From assembly GCF_009914755.1 (NCBI RefSeq), contig NC_060934.1: DNA of 64,000 nt; one strand, 5' to 3'. The notes beneath the pieces are model-generated. The model worked only from the letters and a program-made list of their open reading frames with translations. It was not told the DNA's origin and did not search any database. The stretch comes from the human T2T-CHM13v2.0 reference genome, Homo sapiens. The position numbers and the translations under genes were made by a program. Position 1 is the first letter of the stretch. Every line of letters begins with the position of its first letter. Positions 28,001 through 41,800 of the stretch are shown here, one piece after another.

Positions 28001-28239
28001 CTAAAAATAACCAAGGGACACAGACCCATCTCAGGAGACTGCTTAGCTCTTTACGTGGGGGAAGGCGAACAGGGTGAGAGATAAATTTGACCATATCCAT
28101 AATGTGTGGTTTACTTAACAAGAACTCTAAAGGATAAAAAACAATCAAGAGATACCATATGAGCTACAGACTGCTACAGAGAAATTGTATGGGCTTAGCA
28201 TAATCAAGTTCATGTCAGCACAGAAATAGCTGAAAACAG

Positions 28240-28480
28240 TAATAATGACAGCCATCTATTAATAACTTCTTATGCACAAGGTAGGTCCACCCAGCCTCTA
28301 TATATTTCCTCATTAACCTTTGTAACATCTCTGTGAGACAGGTGTGAACACTGCTTGTATAGAATGGGAAACTGGGGCTCAGAGACCATGTCACACACTC
28401 AAGGACACACAGCCAGCAGGTGGCAGCCCCTGGATTCTAACCCAGGTCTTCATGGCTCTAATCCCAGCCTAATCACTTTT
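28240..28480 (-). mobile_element. MIR relic containing a CTCF-like motif
   Basis: gggaaactggggctcagaga...aaggacacacagccagcaggtggcag...ggattctaacccaggtct. Confidence 0.7.
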
Positions 28481-29042
28481 CTAAATGACATGTTTTAAAC
28501 TACATCAGAGGCGAGACAATAGAGGTGGATATTTTAAAAGCTTGTTCTTAAACCTTGAGGGTGTACTTGATCCTTACAGTTTGATATGGTTCAAACTCCT
28601 AAGCAGGTCAGCCTCAGGAGGGAGAAGTCGTCTCATTCTGACAGCCTGAGCCAGATCCTATAATCATCAACGCCCTTATATTCCTGTCTCAAAACAACAA
28701 ACTTTAAGAGATTGACCTAAAAGCTTTTCATAAGACACAGTTAAGACGATCAATATCTGAATACATTGCTCAATGAATCCTGCTTAAGTTGACAATATGG
28801 AAAGATAACTTCTCAGCTGGACTGGCAAAAATCTCACAAGATTTTGCAGAGGTACATGGGGGAATTAGAGCAATATTTCTTCTTCTTTCATCAGTGTTTT
28901 AAGCATACTGAAACTCCCCCTCAGGGGAAGAGACCAGGTGTCACTCGAGTGTGCATGTGTCTTCCACAGGCACAGGGCACAGAGCTTTACACACTCTAAA
29001 TCCTCAGTAAATATCTGCGGAGAAAGGAGACTAGATTCTCAC

Positions 29043-29120
29043 CTGAATATGCAGAGATATAAACAAACTCCAGTGCAGCAAATTTAAGATAACTCTCTAA
29101 AGCACTGGTTGTTGTCACAC
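29043..29120 (-). other. Candidate 78-nt phase 1-1 exon
   Basis: cctaagttttcctacttcacag|GTGTGA...ATTCAG|gtgaga; single open frame (G)VTTTSALESYLKFAALEFVYISAYS. Confidence 0.3.
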
Positions 29121-29866
29121 CTGTGAAGTAGGAAAACTTAGGTGCCATAACAGGAAGTGCACAGGGCGGGCAGAGGGACAAGTGCCCATCTCTGCAATCA
29201 ATAGGGGGCCATGAAACCCTCGGCCAAACAAAGCGCAGAATGACTGGGAGTAAATAGCAGAGGTGGAACTGGTCGCGTGTCTGCTGTCATCTGAGGGTTT
29301 CCAGGTTTTCTTAGACATGCTATTTCATTAGGCCTGGAGCACTTATCCATCATCCTGTTCAAGTTCCATCAAATCAGTGTCCCTTTTTATATGTCTATCT
29401 CAAAAAGCTACAAAGCAGTCTACTGAGTATTGTCAGCTAGAATGATTTATTCCTTTTCCTGAACAAGCTGGTTCCCTGGCTCTATTTTCATTGTTGTTGT
29501 TGTTTCAAATGCTTGACTGTTTTAAATTTTGAAAGAGAGACAGAAAAAAAAGAGACCAAGATTTTCAAGGTTTAGAGATGTTAATATTTAATCAAATTTA
29601 ACCAAAAATATTTTAGGTCCTACTATGTTTCAGCCATTGAAAACACCAAGATGAATAAGCTCATATTCCAGTAGGGAACACAGACATATACACATCATGA
29701 CAATACTGGATTTCATATTCAACAACAGACAAATGTACACAGAGATAAGTAGGAGGAAGCTGTATCAGAGTGGAGAAGAGAGGACACGGAAAGTACCACA
29801 GAGAGCTTAAATATCCAAGATGGGTTCCAGAGGACAAATGAAAGTTCACCAGGCAGACTGGACTAG

Positions 29867-30173
<307 letters not shown>

Positions 30174-30795
30174 AGACTGGTCTGTTTTAATTATCGGTTA
30201 AAACATACACATGCGAGCAAGATAACTTGAGTTTCTTACCTCATCTCATATACAAAAATTATCTCAAAATGGACCATAGGCATGTACATAAGAGCTAAAA
30301 CTGTAAAACTTCTGGAAGAAAACATAAGAGAAAAATCCTCATGGTTCTGGGATAGGGAAAGAGTTCTTAGATATGACATCAAAAGCATGATGAAGGAAAA
30401 TAAAGTTGAAAAATTGGATTCATCGAAATTAAAAACTTTTATACTTCAAAAGACAACAGTAAGTAAATTAAGAAACAAGCTACATTGTTGTAACCTTGGG
30501 CATTAAAAAAATAAAAAATACATAAACAAGTCCCAGACTGGGAGAAACACTGGTAAACCATATATCTATTACAAAGACTAGTACCCAGATCTATAAATGA
30601 CTTACAATTCAGTAAGAAGATAAGCAATCTTATAAAAACGGAGGCAAAAGATATGAATAGTTTACCAAAAAAGAAAGAAAATAGGCTATTAATCAAACAA
30701 AAAGATGTTCAACATCATTAGAAAAATGCAAATTAAAATCATAAAATACCACTTCACACTCACTAGGATGGCTATAATAAAAAGGATACACAATA

Positions 30796-31206
<411 letters not shown>

Positions 31207-31880
31207 TTAAACATAAACTTAGCAAATAACTCTGCAATCTCACCCCTGGGAAATAAAACGTGTCCACAGAAAAACTTGTATGCACAAGTTCATAACAGCA
31301 TGATTCATCATAGCCCCAAACTGAAAAGCCCAAATATTCATCTACTGTTGAATGAATTAAAAAAAGTAGTATATCTTATAATGGGATACTATGAAGCAAA
31401 ATAAAGGAAGGAACTATTGATATATACAACAGCATGAATGCTAAGTTAAATGAACAGATGAATGCTAAGTTAAAGAATCCACATGCATGGCAAAGATTTC
31501 ACGAAGAAGACTCAAAAGCAATTGGAACACAAACAAAAATTGATAAATGGGACCTAATTAAACAGCTTCCGCGCAACAAAAGAAACTATCAACAGAGTAA
31601 ACACACAACCTACAGAATGGGAAAAAATACTTGCAAACTATGCATCTGACAAAGGTCTAATATCTGGAATCTATAAGAAACTTAAATCAACATGCAAAAA
31701 CAAACAGCTCCATTAAGAAATGGGCAAAGGACATGAACAGACACTTCCCAAAAGAAAACATACATGTGGCCAACAAGTATATGAAAAAATGCTCAATCAA
31801 CATCACTAATCATTAGAGAAATATAAATCAAAACCAGAATGATCTCCACACCAGTCAGAATGACTATTATTAAAAAGTCA

Positions 31881-32266
<386 letters not shown>

Positions 32267-32333
32267 TCAGCCACTGGTGGAAAGCAGTTTGGAGATTTCT
32301 CAAAGAACTTAGAGCTACCATTCAACTCAGCAA

Positions 32334-32378
32334 TCCCATTACTGGGAATATATATATATATTCCCAGTAATGGGAATT

Positions 32379-32425
<47 letters not shown>

Positions 32426-32450
32426 TGGGAATATATATGTATATATAAAA
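32334..32450. repeat. 42-bp perfect palindrome followed by a (TA)n tract
   Basis: tcccattactgggaatatatatatatattcccagtaatggga (32334-32375) equals its own reverse complement; (TA)n at 32386-32424. Confidence 0.97.
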
Positions 32451-33766
32451 TTTATATACCCAAAGGAATATAAATCATTCTACCATAAAGACACATGCAC
32501 GCCTATGTTTATCATAGCACTATTTACAATAGCAAAGATAATGGAACCAGCCTAGTTGCCCACCAATGGTGGACTGAATAAAGAAAATGTGGCACATATA
32601 CACCATGCAATACTAGGCAGCCATAAAAAGGAATGAGATCCTGTCCTTTACAGCAACACAGATGGAGCTGCCATTATCCTAAGGAAATGAATGTGGGAAC
32701 AGAAAATCAAATACTGTACGTTCTCAATTATAAGTGGGAGCTAAACATTGAGTACACATGGACACAAAGAGGGAACAATAGACACCGGGGCTTACTGGAG
32801 GGAGGAGGGTAAGGACTGAAAAACCACGTAACCACTACTATGCTCACTACCCGGATGCCAAAGTAATGTGTACACCAAGCCCCCATGACATGCAATTTGC
32901 CCATGTAACAAACTTCCACGTGTACCCCCGAACCAAAACATAAAAGCTGGAAGAAAAATAAAAAAGAATCTACATGCAAAAAATTATACATATTAACGGT
33001 TCCATTTATATGAAATGTCTAGAAGAAGCAAATCCACAGAAGCAGATAAGCTGGGGTGAGAACACTGCTGGGATTTTTGTGGATAGAAATGTTAAAAGAC
33101 TAGATTGTGGTGACAGTTGCACAACTCTATGAATTTACTAAAAATTATAGACTTGTACACTTTAAACGGGTGAATTATATGATATGAACATTATACTTCA
33201 ATAAAGCTGGTATAAAGTATTGGTTAGGATGAAAATGGCAGAGGAAGATATGGGATTTTAAGCAGCACAGGAGCTGAATCGTGTTCAACAAAATTACTTA
33301 AATGAAAAAACAGACCCTGTGCTCCCAAATGCAAGCTGAGACATCCCCTCCACCATGTGAAACTCTCTTCATCTGTCCCTTTATTACGCACGTGTGTTTC
33401 TGAGGCAGGTAACTCTGGGATTATATTGAAGCTTCTCTCTTTTTTGCTTTTTATTCCTGTAGTCACCACACCTCGTCTGAGATCACACTTCTTTCCTCTT
33501 TATATCCAAGTTACTCCATGGCCCTGATCTCTGTTTCTCCTGAGTAGAGGGCTGATGAGGACATCATAACAGTGTTTCCTTATCATTTCCTTCAGCCTCC
33601 AAACCTCCAGCAACTGGGTCCCCTGTCCCTTTGACTCAGTCCTCACAACAGCCACACGCCTAGCCAATGGGATCACCAAGCCCAGCTTCTCAGCATCAGC
33701 TATATGACTGCTTCTGCATGAGATGCCTCTCCTCCAAATACAGCTTAAAAAATTTTCCTCCTCCTT

Positions 33767-34085
33767 ATTTTATTTAGAGACAGAACCTTGCTCTGTCACC
33801 CAGGCTGGAGTACAGTGGCATGATCACAGCTCACTGCAGCCTTGAACTCCTGGGCTCAAGCAATTCTCCCACCTTGGCCTCCTGAGTAAGCTGGGACTAC
33901 AGGTGTGTACCACTATGCGCAGCTAATTTTAGAATTTTAGAATTTTTATTGTAGTGTAGAATTTTATTCTAGTGATAGGGTCTTGCTATGTGACCCAGGC
34001 TGGTCTCTGAACTTCTGACATTGAGTGATTCTCCTACCCTGACCTCCCAAAGCGCTAGGATTACAGGTGTGAGCCACATCTGGCC
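33767..34085 (-). mobile_element. AluJ
   Basis: gatcacagctcactgcagccttgaactcctgggctcaagc; expanded middle linker (ttttagaa)x2. Confidence 0.9.
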
Positions 34086-34197
34086 CCAACTCTTCTTTTT
34101 AAATACATTCCACAACTGTTATGCCTAAATATGCCTCTTTAATACTATCATTTTGCTCTTGTTCATACGTCCCATCATAATTCTTCTCTAGTTGAGG

Positions 34198-34229
<32 letters not shown>
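34198..34229. repeat. (GT)n microsatellite
   Basis: Directly visible. Confidence 0.97.
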
Positions 34230-35282
34230 TCAACCTGCTCAAAAACTCCAGGTCACAAACTCTGTTCTGCCTCATATTTCTTATGTTTTCAGTACACCTA
34301 ATCAATTTTTGTTGTTTTTGTTACTGGGCAATGAATGAACAAGCAAACAAATAACCAAAGGAGAGAATGAGTGAAGTGCTGATGCAACAAAGAAACATGT
34401 CTTTCATTTTATTCATCCAATTTGTGCATTTTAGTACCTTTTCTTACATAAAAGTCTTAAGTGAGAACTATTCATCTAGCTTTTGTCATGTGGCTCTCAA
34501 ACGAATTCCTATTTGCATTTGGACAGTTTAAAAATACTGAAGCGTTAGTTCACATTTATACACTTGGGCAGCAATGAGGTGCGACAGAAAAGGCAAATAC
34601 ATTAGTGTCAAATATGAATAACCTTTCCTTGCCCAGCTCTGGGGAGGCCCTGAGCTGAGGAAACAATGTGGCCTTCTGTTTCTATTTAATACATTGAGCA
34701 ACCACAAATCAAAGACTGTAACCAATAAATAAATACATACCATAGAACATAAACCTACCCAGCCACAGAAATCAGGAAAGCCTCAACATGTGGATTTCCT
34801 GAGCAGGGAGAAACACACCAGGGCCTGGTCCACCCAGCAGCAGCAGGTACTACCTGGAAGAACTTTGTGCCTCTTCCATCATCCCCTTCTACCTCTACTC
34901 CAGACCTCTGCATGAAGGCAGATTCCGTTCTAAACTCACACTGGTAAAGTTAAGTATTTTGTCTATATTTGCCAAAAAGCAATGTACAAAGACATCTCAA
35001 TACGGCCAATATCTAGAGAAGAAATAGACTGAAAGTTTTCCATACCTAGCGACTCCCACTAGTCACCTGACTATAGGTCTGGACTGGCTCTACCTCCTCC
35101 AAATTATTTTTCCTTTAGTCAACTGAATACTGAGGATGTCTTGTCATATTTTGGCCTTTTCCTTCTCAATGCAAACCAACCACCAGGAAAGCTAGAAACT
35201 CTTTTTCTCTCTATTCTAAAATAACAAGTTTGGAGAGCAGAGAGGAAATTGTACAACTGGCAACTTAAAAAAACAAACTAGG

Positions 35283-35581
35283 GGCTGGGATTGGTGTGGT
35301 GGCTCACGCCCATAATCCCAGTGCTTTGGGAGGCTAGGGCGGGAGGATCACTTGAGGCCAGGAGTTTGAGAGCAGCCTGGGCAACACAATGAGACCTCAT
35401 CTTTATCAAAAAATTTAAACATAGCTGGGCATTGGGGTGAGGATACAGTCCCAGCTACTTGGAAGACTGAGGTGGGAAGATCTCTTGAGTTCAGGAGTTC
35501 AAGGCTGCAGTGAGCTATAATCGCACCACTAGCATTCCAGCCTGGGTGACAGAGCGAGACCCTGTATCTTAAAAAAGAAAA
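35283..35581 (+). mobile_element. AluJ
   Basis: gggaggatcacttgaggccaggagtttgag...gagttcaaggctgcagtgagctat. Confidence 0.9.
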
Positions 35582-35808
35582 CCCCAACTGAAACTCAGGT
35601 TACTCCAGTTGTATCCAAAAGCGGAGGTTCATCCTAGCCACAAAAATTTCTCAGTTTGTCATATTTGTTTTAGACATCCACATATATATACATGTTCAAC
35701 AAAATTTATTAAAATAGCTTTATATACTCTATTCTTACAGGAAAAAATATATACATGAGATATTTTTTCCTTTTGACATACACTAGTGTTATTAATATAA
35801 TCTTAGGC

Positions 35809-35832
35809 AAAAAAAAAAAAAAAAAAAAAAAA
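35809..35832 (+). repeat. A24 homopolymer
   Basis: 24 consecutive A, not attached to a recognisable retroelement. Confidence 0.95.
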
Positions 35833-37246
35833 GAACTTGTTCATTAACTACAAAGAATCAACTTTTGGTTCCTGAACTATATTACTTCCAGAAGTCACAC
35901 TACTGGAAATATATTAGTTACCTCTGAAGGTCACAAAATTTCAATCAATTTTAGAATGTCAGGGCTGTCTATGGAATATTCCAAACCTCGACATTCAAAG
36001 TGGCAGCTGTGGCTTACAGATGATCATCTTTCAGGTCCATCTCTAACTGACGCAATTTCCACAGGGCAGAGATGTGCAGAAAACTTGTATGAGGCAAATG
36101 TCTTCTCTTGAATGTCTCTACCACTCCCCCTAAACAGCCACTCATTGTTCTCTGACATGGACAGATTTGCTTTAAATCTTCATCTTTTTTTTTTCTCTCT
36201 TGAAGCTCTCTTGCTTGTTAACGCCCTGACCTTCGCATCTGTGCTCAGATGACAGCTAATGTCATCTGCTCCAACAATGCCGACTATTGGCAAGGAACAT
36301 AAGCACGCTCAGTGATGTCACTGAACTCATTAGGGATATATTTGACATTCTGGCCCAAGAGAACATACTTATTAAACACAACCTTAGTGATCAGCAGTGT
36401 GGCCTGTTGATAGTAAAGTAAAACAATACATGTTTTGTCCTCCTATAAAAATAGCACTTTGACCAAGAAATAGGCTTTCTGTTCTTATCTCCTTAATTAT
36501 AGCAGCAAAGCAAACTAAGAGATAACTTACATACCAAGAGATAATAGGCCGAAACACTCAGCGCTATGTTAGGCGCTTCACAGAACTCGAATAAAGGTCC
36601 AAATATTAATCAATCATTAAGCAAATACTTCACTTTCCCAATCCTGGTTTGAGAGCAGAGTCAGAGGTTAATGCTGCTGAGATAATATTACCAGATACCA
36701 CGTCTTATAGGTATTCAATAGCAATATCTAAATTATACTATTAGTCCAGATATGAGATATTTGGGGGACTGATAAAACTCACAAAATGTTTCTTCCAAGG
36801 ACTCCAGTCAATTGCAATTTTATGACCCTATCTATTTGGTAAAGATGACTGGACCTGGATATGACAGACAGAAAGGGGAGCTTGAAAAGGTCACAGTAAC
36901 ATCTCTGCTCTGCAGCGTCACAGCACACACCTAAACAGTTTAGGAAACCTGGTAAAACACGGCCATGTGGGCTTCTCTTTAGACCTCACGAGAGGCAAAC
37001 CTTTAATCAGGACTTAAAATCCCAACAACTTATCTTCTGAGATTTTTCAAACAAGATGACTTTTATACACGTGAATGAAATGTTCCTCTTTTATAGAACA
37101 GTATGTTGGAAGAAAGTTCAACACGAAAATCATAAAGGAATATTGTGCAATACAAACAAGAACTTGGTCCCCAAATTACAATATAGAGAAAGTAACTGGG
37201 AAGGGTAGGTAGGATTGTTGCCTCCTGGCAGGTATAGTCAAATGTT

Positions 37247-37545
37247 TTCCTTTTTTCTTTTAGAGACAAAGTCTTGCTGTATTGCCCAAGCGGGAGTGCA
37301 ATGGTGTGATCATAGCTCACTGTAACTTTGAACTGCTAGGCTCATGCAATTCTCCCATCTCAGCCCCACAAGTAGCTAGGACTACAGGCACATGCCATCA
37401 CGTGTGGCTAATTTTTTAATTTTTTGTAGTGACGAGATCTCGCTATGTTGCCAAGGCTGGTCTCAAACTCCTGGGCCTCCAGCAATCCTCCAGTCTCAGC
37501 CTCCCAAAGCTCTGGGATTACAGGCCTGAGCCACCGTGCCCGGCC
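37247..37545 (-). mobile_element. AluJ
   Basis: AluJ diagnostics; TSD tcaaatgtt on both sides. Confidence 0.9.
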
Positions 37546-37559
37546 CATCCTCAAATGTT

Positions 37560-37561
<2 letters not shown>

Positions 37562-37591
<30 letters not shown>
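37562..37591 (+). repeat. T30 homopolymer
   Basis: 30 consecutive T just past the Alu head. Confidence 0.95.
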
Positions 37592-37593
<2 letters not shown>

Positions 37594-38394
37594 CTAGCTC
37601 CAAGTAGGCCCTGAACTGAGGAAACAATTTGGCCTTTACATTCCCTTGGACTCTCTGTGTCAGAATGGAGTGCCCTTGCCTCCCGTAAACTCTTCAGCCT
37701 ACTACCCCATCAGGCGTGTAGCCAGATATCCTCATGTAGCTAAATCCATGGACATCATTCTGTTACATCTTAAGCATCTCTTAGGTCCGCTAGAAACAGT
37801 GGACTGCTGCCTCCTTCCTGTCTTGGTTTCTATAGGACTGCATTCTCTTGATTTCTATTATTCCTGCTACCCCATCTCAGTTTCCTTTGCTCCTTGTCGC
37901 TTCTGTACTGATCTCTCAACACAGGAGATTCCCAAGGGCTCAGAACTAGCCCTTCTCTCTCTTCCATTCTCTCCCTCGATGATATCGTCCATTTCCATGG
38001 TTTTAAATACCATCTGCATGTTGATTTCCACATCCATAACTCCAGTCTACATGTCTTCTCTGTCCACCATATTCACATATCTAACCATTTGTTTGACATC
38101 TCAAACTCAGCATGTTCTAAACTCAACACTTACAATGCTCTAAGCCTGTTTCTCTTGCTTTCTGCATCTCAAAAAGCAGTGCCCCAGATATTTAGTTGTT
38201 CAAGTCAGAATCTTGCCAGTCATTTTTTATTTCCTACCCAATAAGCATCAGGTCCTATAGGCTCTAGGTTTAAAATCGCTCTCTCGTCTATTTATTTCTA
38301 TCCCATCCCACCTCCTAGTGCAAGCCTCCATGATTCTGTCCCAGGAGCAGCAGCAGCTCCCTCACACAGGCTTCCCTGCCTCAAGGCTGCCCAC

Positions 38395-38610
38395 TGTGCT
38401 GGATATTCACCTACTGTCTGTCTCTGAGCTCCAAGGTGGCCCTTTACACTCTGCACTGTGATGTGGGAGCTGCCTTCTGCAGTTATTATCTCCAGTTACC
38501 CTGTGTTGCCTTTTTCTTCTACTTCCAACACCTGTGTAACCAAGCCCCTATACTAAATCTCATCTGTTTGAAGTACCTAGTGCAATTTCTGATATAACTA
38601 CTGATATAGA
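38395..38610 (+). mobile_element. LTR33A-like (ERVL) solo LTR, internally deleted
   Basis: Start tgtgctggatattcacctactgtc...; 3' part ccaacacctgtgtaacc...ctgtttgaagtacctag; the 3' terminus merges into the VNTR. Confidence 0.65.
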
Positions 38611-38826
38611 ACTACTTTGTAATCAATTTCTGATACAACTACTGATAAAACTACTTTGGCTGATGTAACTACTTTGTAATCAATTTCTGATATAACTACT
38701 GATACGTAACTACTTTGTAATCAATTTCTGATATAACTACTGATACATAACTACTTTGTAATCAATTTGTGATATAACTACTGATATAACTACTTTGGCT
38801 GATACAACTACTTTGTAATCAGTTTC
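38583..38826. repeat. Compound minisatellite, 41-bp (A) and 57-bp (B) units in order A-B-A-A-B
   Basis: Units caatttc-[tgatataactac]2-3-tttgtaat; 12 copies of the 12-14 bp subunit. Confidence 0.95.
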
Positions 38827-41800
38827 CCTCATAAAAAGCCATTGGGATGTTTCAAAATTATGAATCAGACTATGCTCACAATCTAAAGAACACTATATGG
38901 CTCCCTATGACATCCGGAATAAAATTTCATATTTTAGCTTTGCCTCGGTAGGTTCATCTGCCACATACCTCTCTGATTTCTTCCCATACCACTCAACACA
39001 CTGTAGCCACACTGACTACCTTCTAGTTTCTGGCCCATGCTAAACATCTCCCAGCCTTTTGCTTTGTCCACATAGCTCCCTTCTGCCTGGGTGGCTCTTT
39101 CCTCCCTTCTCTGCATGAATGACTTCTTTGCATCCTTCAGTACTCAGCCAAATGTCATCTTCCCAAAGAAATTATTCAGCACCTTGATTATGCTCTTATC
39201 ATAATGTATTACAAAATATTTATTCATTTATTTTATTTTTTAGTTAACTCCCATCCCCCATGCTAGAAAAGGCAAGGACTTTATTGAACTCACCACTATG
39301 TACCCAGCACAGTGACCTCCAATATATATTTGCTCAATGAATGAATGAATGAGTAAATGGATATCATTCTTATGTTTTTGTAAATGAATGACTTTCAAAT
39401 ACCACAAATAATTGGTAAAAACAGAAATAGCTCTCTTTCTTATAAAAATGATTTTGCAAGGCAAATTGATAACATACATGCACTTTATGGAGAAAATAAC
39501 TTAAAAATACTAGTCCATGGCGGATTCTTTAGAAATTGCTTTATTTACCAAGTTTTGTGCTATTTGTAAATTTTCCTTATCTATTTGCCAAAGCAATTTC
39601 TCCAAGGAACTCCATGAATCTGACAGTAATTAAGTTACTATTAATTTTTTAAAAATATTCTACAATTCAGATTACTAATTTAGTTAGGTCTTTCTCCTGC
39701 TTAATGTGAATTTATTAAGTTTTGCCATATTTTCTTCATTCATTTTTTAAAGGTAAAATTATTATGTTATAGAACTATAAAAGCTTCTTAAATTACTAGG
39801 TTGAAATTCCCAACAAATCTTCCTGGAACTATAAAAGCTAATGTCAGGGCTGAAGCATCGGAGAGATTTGCAGTCAGCCCAATTCTGCTGCTAAACATGA
39901 CAATGACTTGGGTGAGAATCAGCTCATAGGTTGGTAAGATTCTAGGCATGCTTCCAGAGTCGACCACATTGACTTTTTGTATAACCTCATTCAAATTGTT
40001 TGCCCTTGTCGTGTTCTCTCCTACTCATAGATATTTTTGTGATGGATATGGCATTATTTGCAATTGGTGGCTATTTGTGGATAATTTGCTTTTTTTCCCC
40101 AATTCATCTATGTGTTTATAAAACGCCACATTAACTACCACTGACGTTTAGTTACTGAGTTCTAATGACTGACATAAACAAACAAATGTGTGTGTGTGAA
40201 TGTGACTGGCATGAAATTGGATCTTGCCGAGTTCTGACTAATGATATCCACTTGTGGTCTTACTGGTCTGAATGTGAGTCAGGTATGCATATGTATGAAG
40301 AAGGAAGGTTGCAATAATTGCTCTGGCTTTTGCATGTCTTTTATATTTTACATTGTACTAAACGATTTTGATTTGTTCTCAGAAAATGTCTGACAATATC
40401 CAGTTCAATGCATTTTCCAGCTGAAATGTTTCCAAACATGGTATTTCTCTCTAAAAATATCCAACCATATAAGTATATTCAAACACTTTTAAAAGTATTT
40501 GAATTAACAGAGATACCGAGAAAACTCTGCACAACTAAAAGGGTGTCACTAGGACAATGTCATCTTCTCTATAGCTGGTGAATGCCAAATGTTGGAATCA
40601 GAGTTTAAAAAGACCTTGGAGATTATACCTAATCCAACCATCTATTGAAGTACAAGGCTAGTTTTGGGGTATGTGACGGCTATAATATGGGTAACCTACA
40701 GCTTATGATCTAAGGAAATGGGGAGAGAGAGCACTTACTGGAGAGATGATGACTAAATTTCACAATCTACACAGCCTACTGTCTGTCCAGTGATATCCAT
40801 AAAAGAAAACTGCATCTGTAGTAATAGACACCATTTACTGGGCTAAACACAGATATTGAAGCTTATTTTTTTATTTCCCACTCTTATTCCATTTATTTCA
40901 GTTTCCAGGGCTGCCTGACCGGGACTACTTTAATACCACCTTTACTAAAGTTTTCCACAACTATAATAAAGAACACGTAACACATTTGTGTCAATACAGG
41001 ACTAAAGATAACAACATTTTCCGATAATGAGTATATGACAAATAACTAAAAGCTTTAATTATAAAAATATTCTTTTCCTTTTAGCAAGGTAGAAACCTTT
41101 TGTTGCGCTACTGTTGTTTTTCCTGTTTGGTATTATGGAAAAATTGTCTTGCAACCCTGACCGCCTTGCAACAACTAGTTTACAGGAAGGAACAGACCTA
41201 GACCCATGCTAGTACTCAAGACGGAAAACGTTAACAGATGTCCAAATCTCTTAAACCAATGTGAAATTTTCAAAAGTTTTAGTGGGATTCAATAAGAAAT
41301 AATGTGGGGCTAAAGACCTTCACAATTCTCTTAGCACCAATCAAGTCTATTCTCCAATAAGTCTGGATGACTGCAACTCTTTTCATCAAGGGAGTGCAGG
41401 GGGAGAGTGAGAATTAGGGTTCTTAAAAGGATGGGGAAACTAAGAATAATTTAGCTCTTGGAAAATATTATTCCCAATATTTATCAAAGTTGACGTTAAA
41501 ATACCATAAAATTAGATCCTCTACAAAAAGAGTGTTTAAATTTATCCGAATAACAGAGAAGCTGTAACGGACAGATGCTGAGGTCAAGACAACTAGCCTT
41601 TTACAGCTAATACAAAACCTATTACAGCCCTCGATACACATTGCTGGGTTGTGAGAATGAGCATGTGTCTGTAAACTCTTAACCACAGATGAGAGGCTTG
41701 CTTCCTGAGGGTTTTTAGTTTCTTTTAAACAGATGGTCCAAAGTGAGGATGAAGGAAGCTGTTTTGATCCATTGTGTAGGTACAGAATGTTATCTTTGTT

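Larger units (their letters stand above)
37700..39360 (+). mobile_element. L2 relic interrupted by an LTR33-like element and a VNTR
   Basis: catggttttaaataccatctgcatg...catctcaaactcagcatgttc...gtacccagcacagtgacc...tttgctcaatgaatgaatgaatg (L2 3' TGAA repeats). Confidence 0.7.

Noticed and set aside
35804-37596. A24 and T30 tracts both adjoining taggc in inverted orientation
   Set aside because: Only 5 bp shared beyond the homopolymers, with no TSD or retrocopy body; likely coincidence
37646-38143. 165-aa ORF
   Set aside because: Lies in a decayed L2, starts at a non-ATG codon, has no recognisable domain
38583-38826. CRISPR-like repeat array
   Set aside because: No unique spacers, no cas genes, and a primate genomic context; it is a compound VNTR
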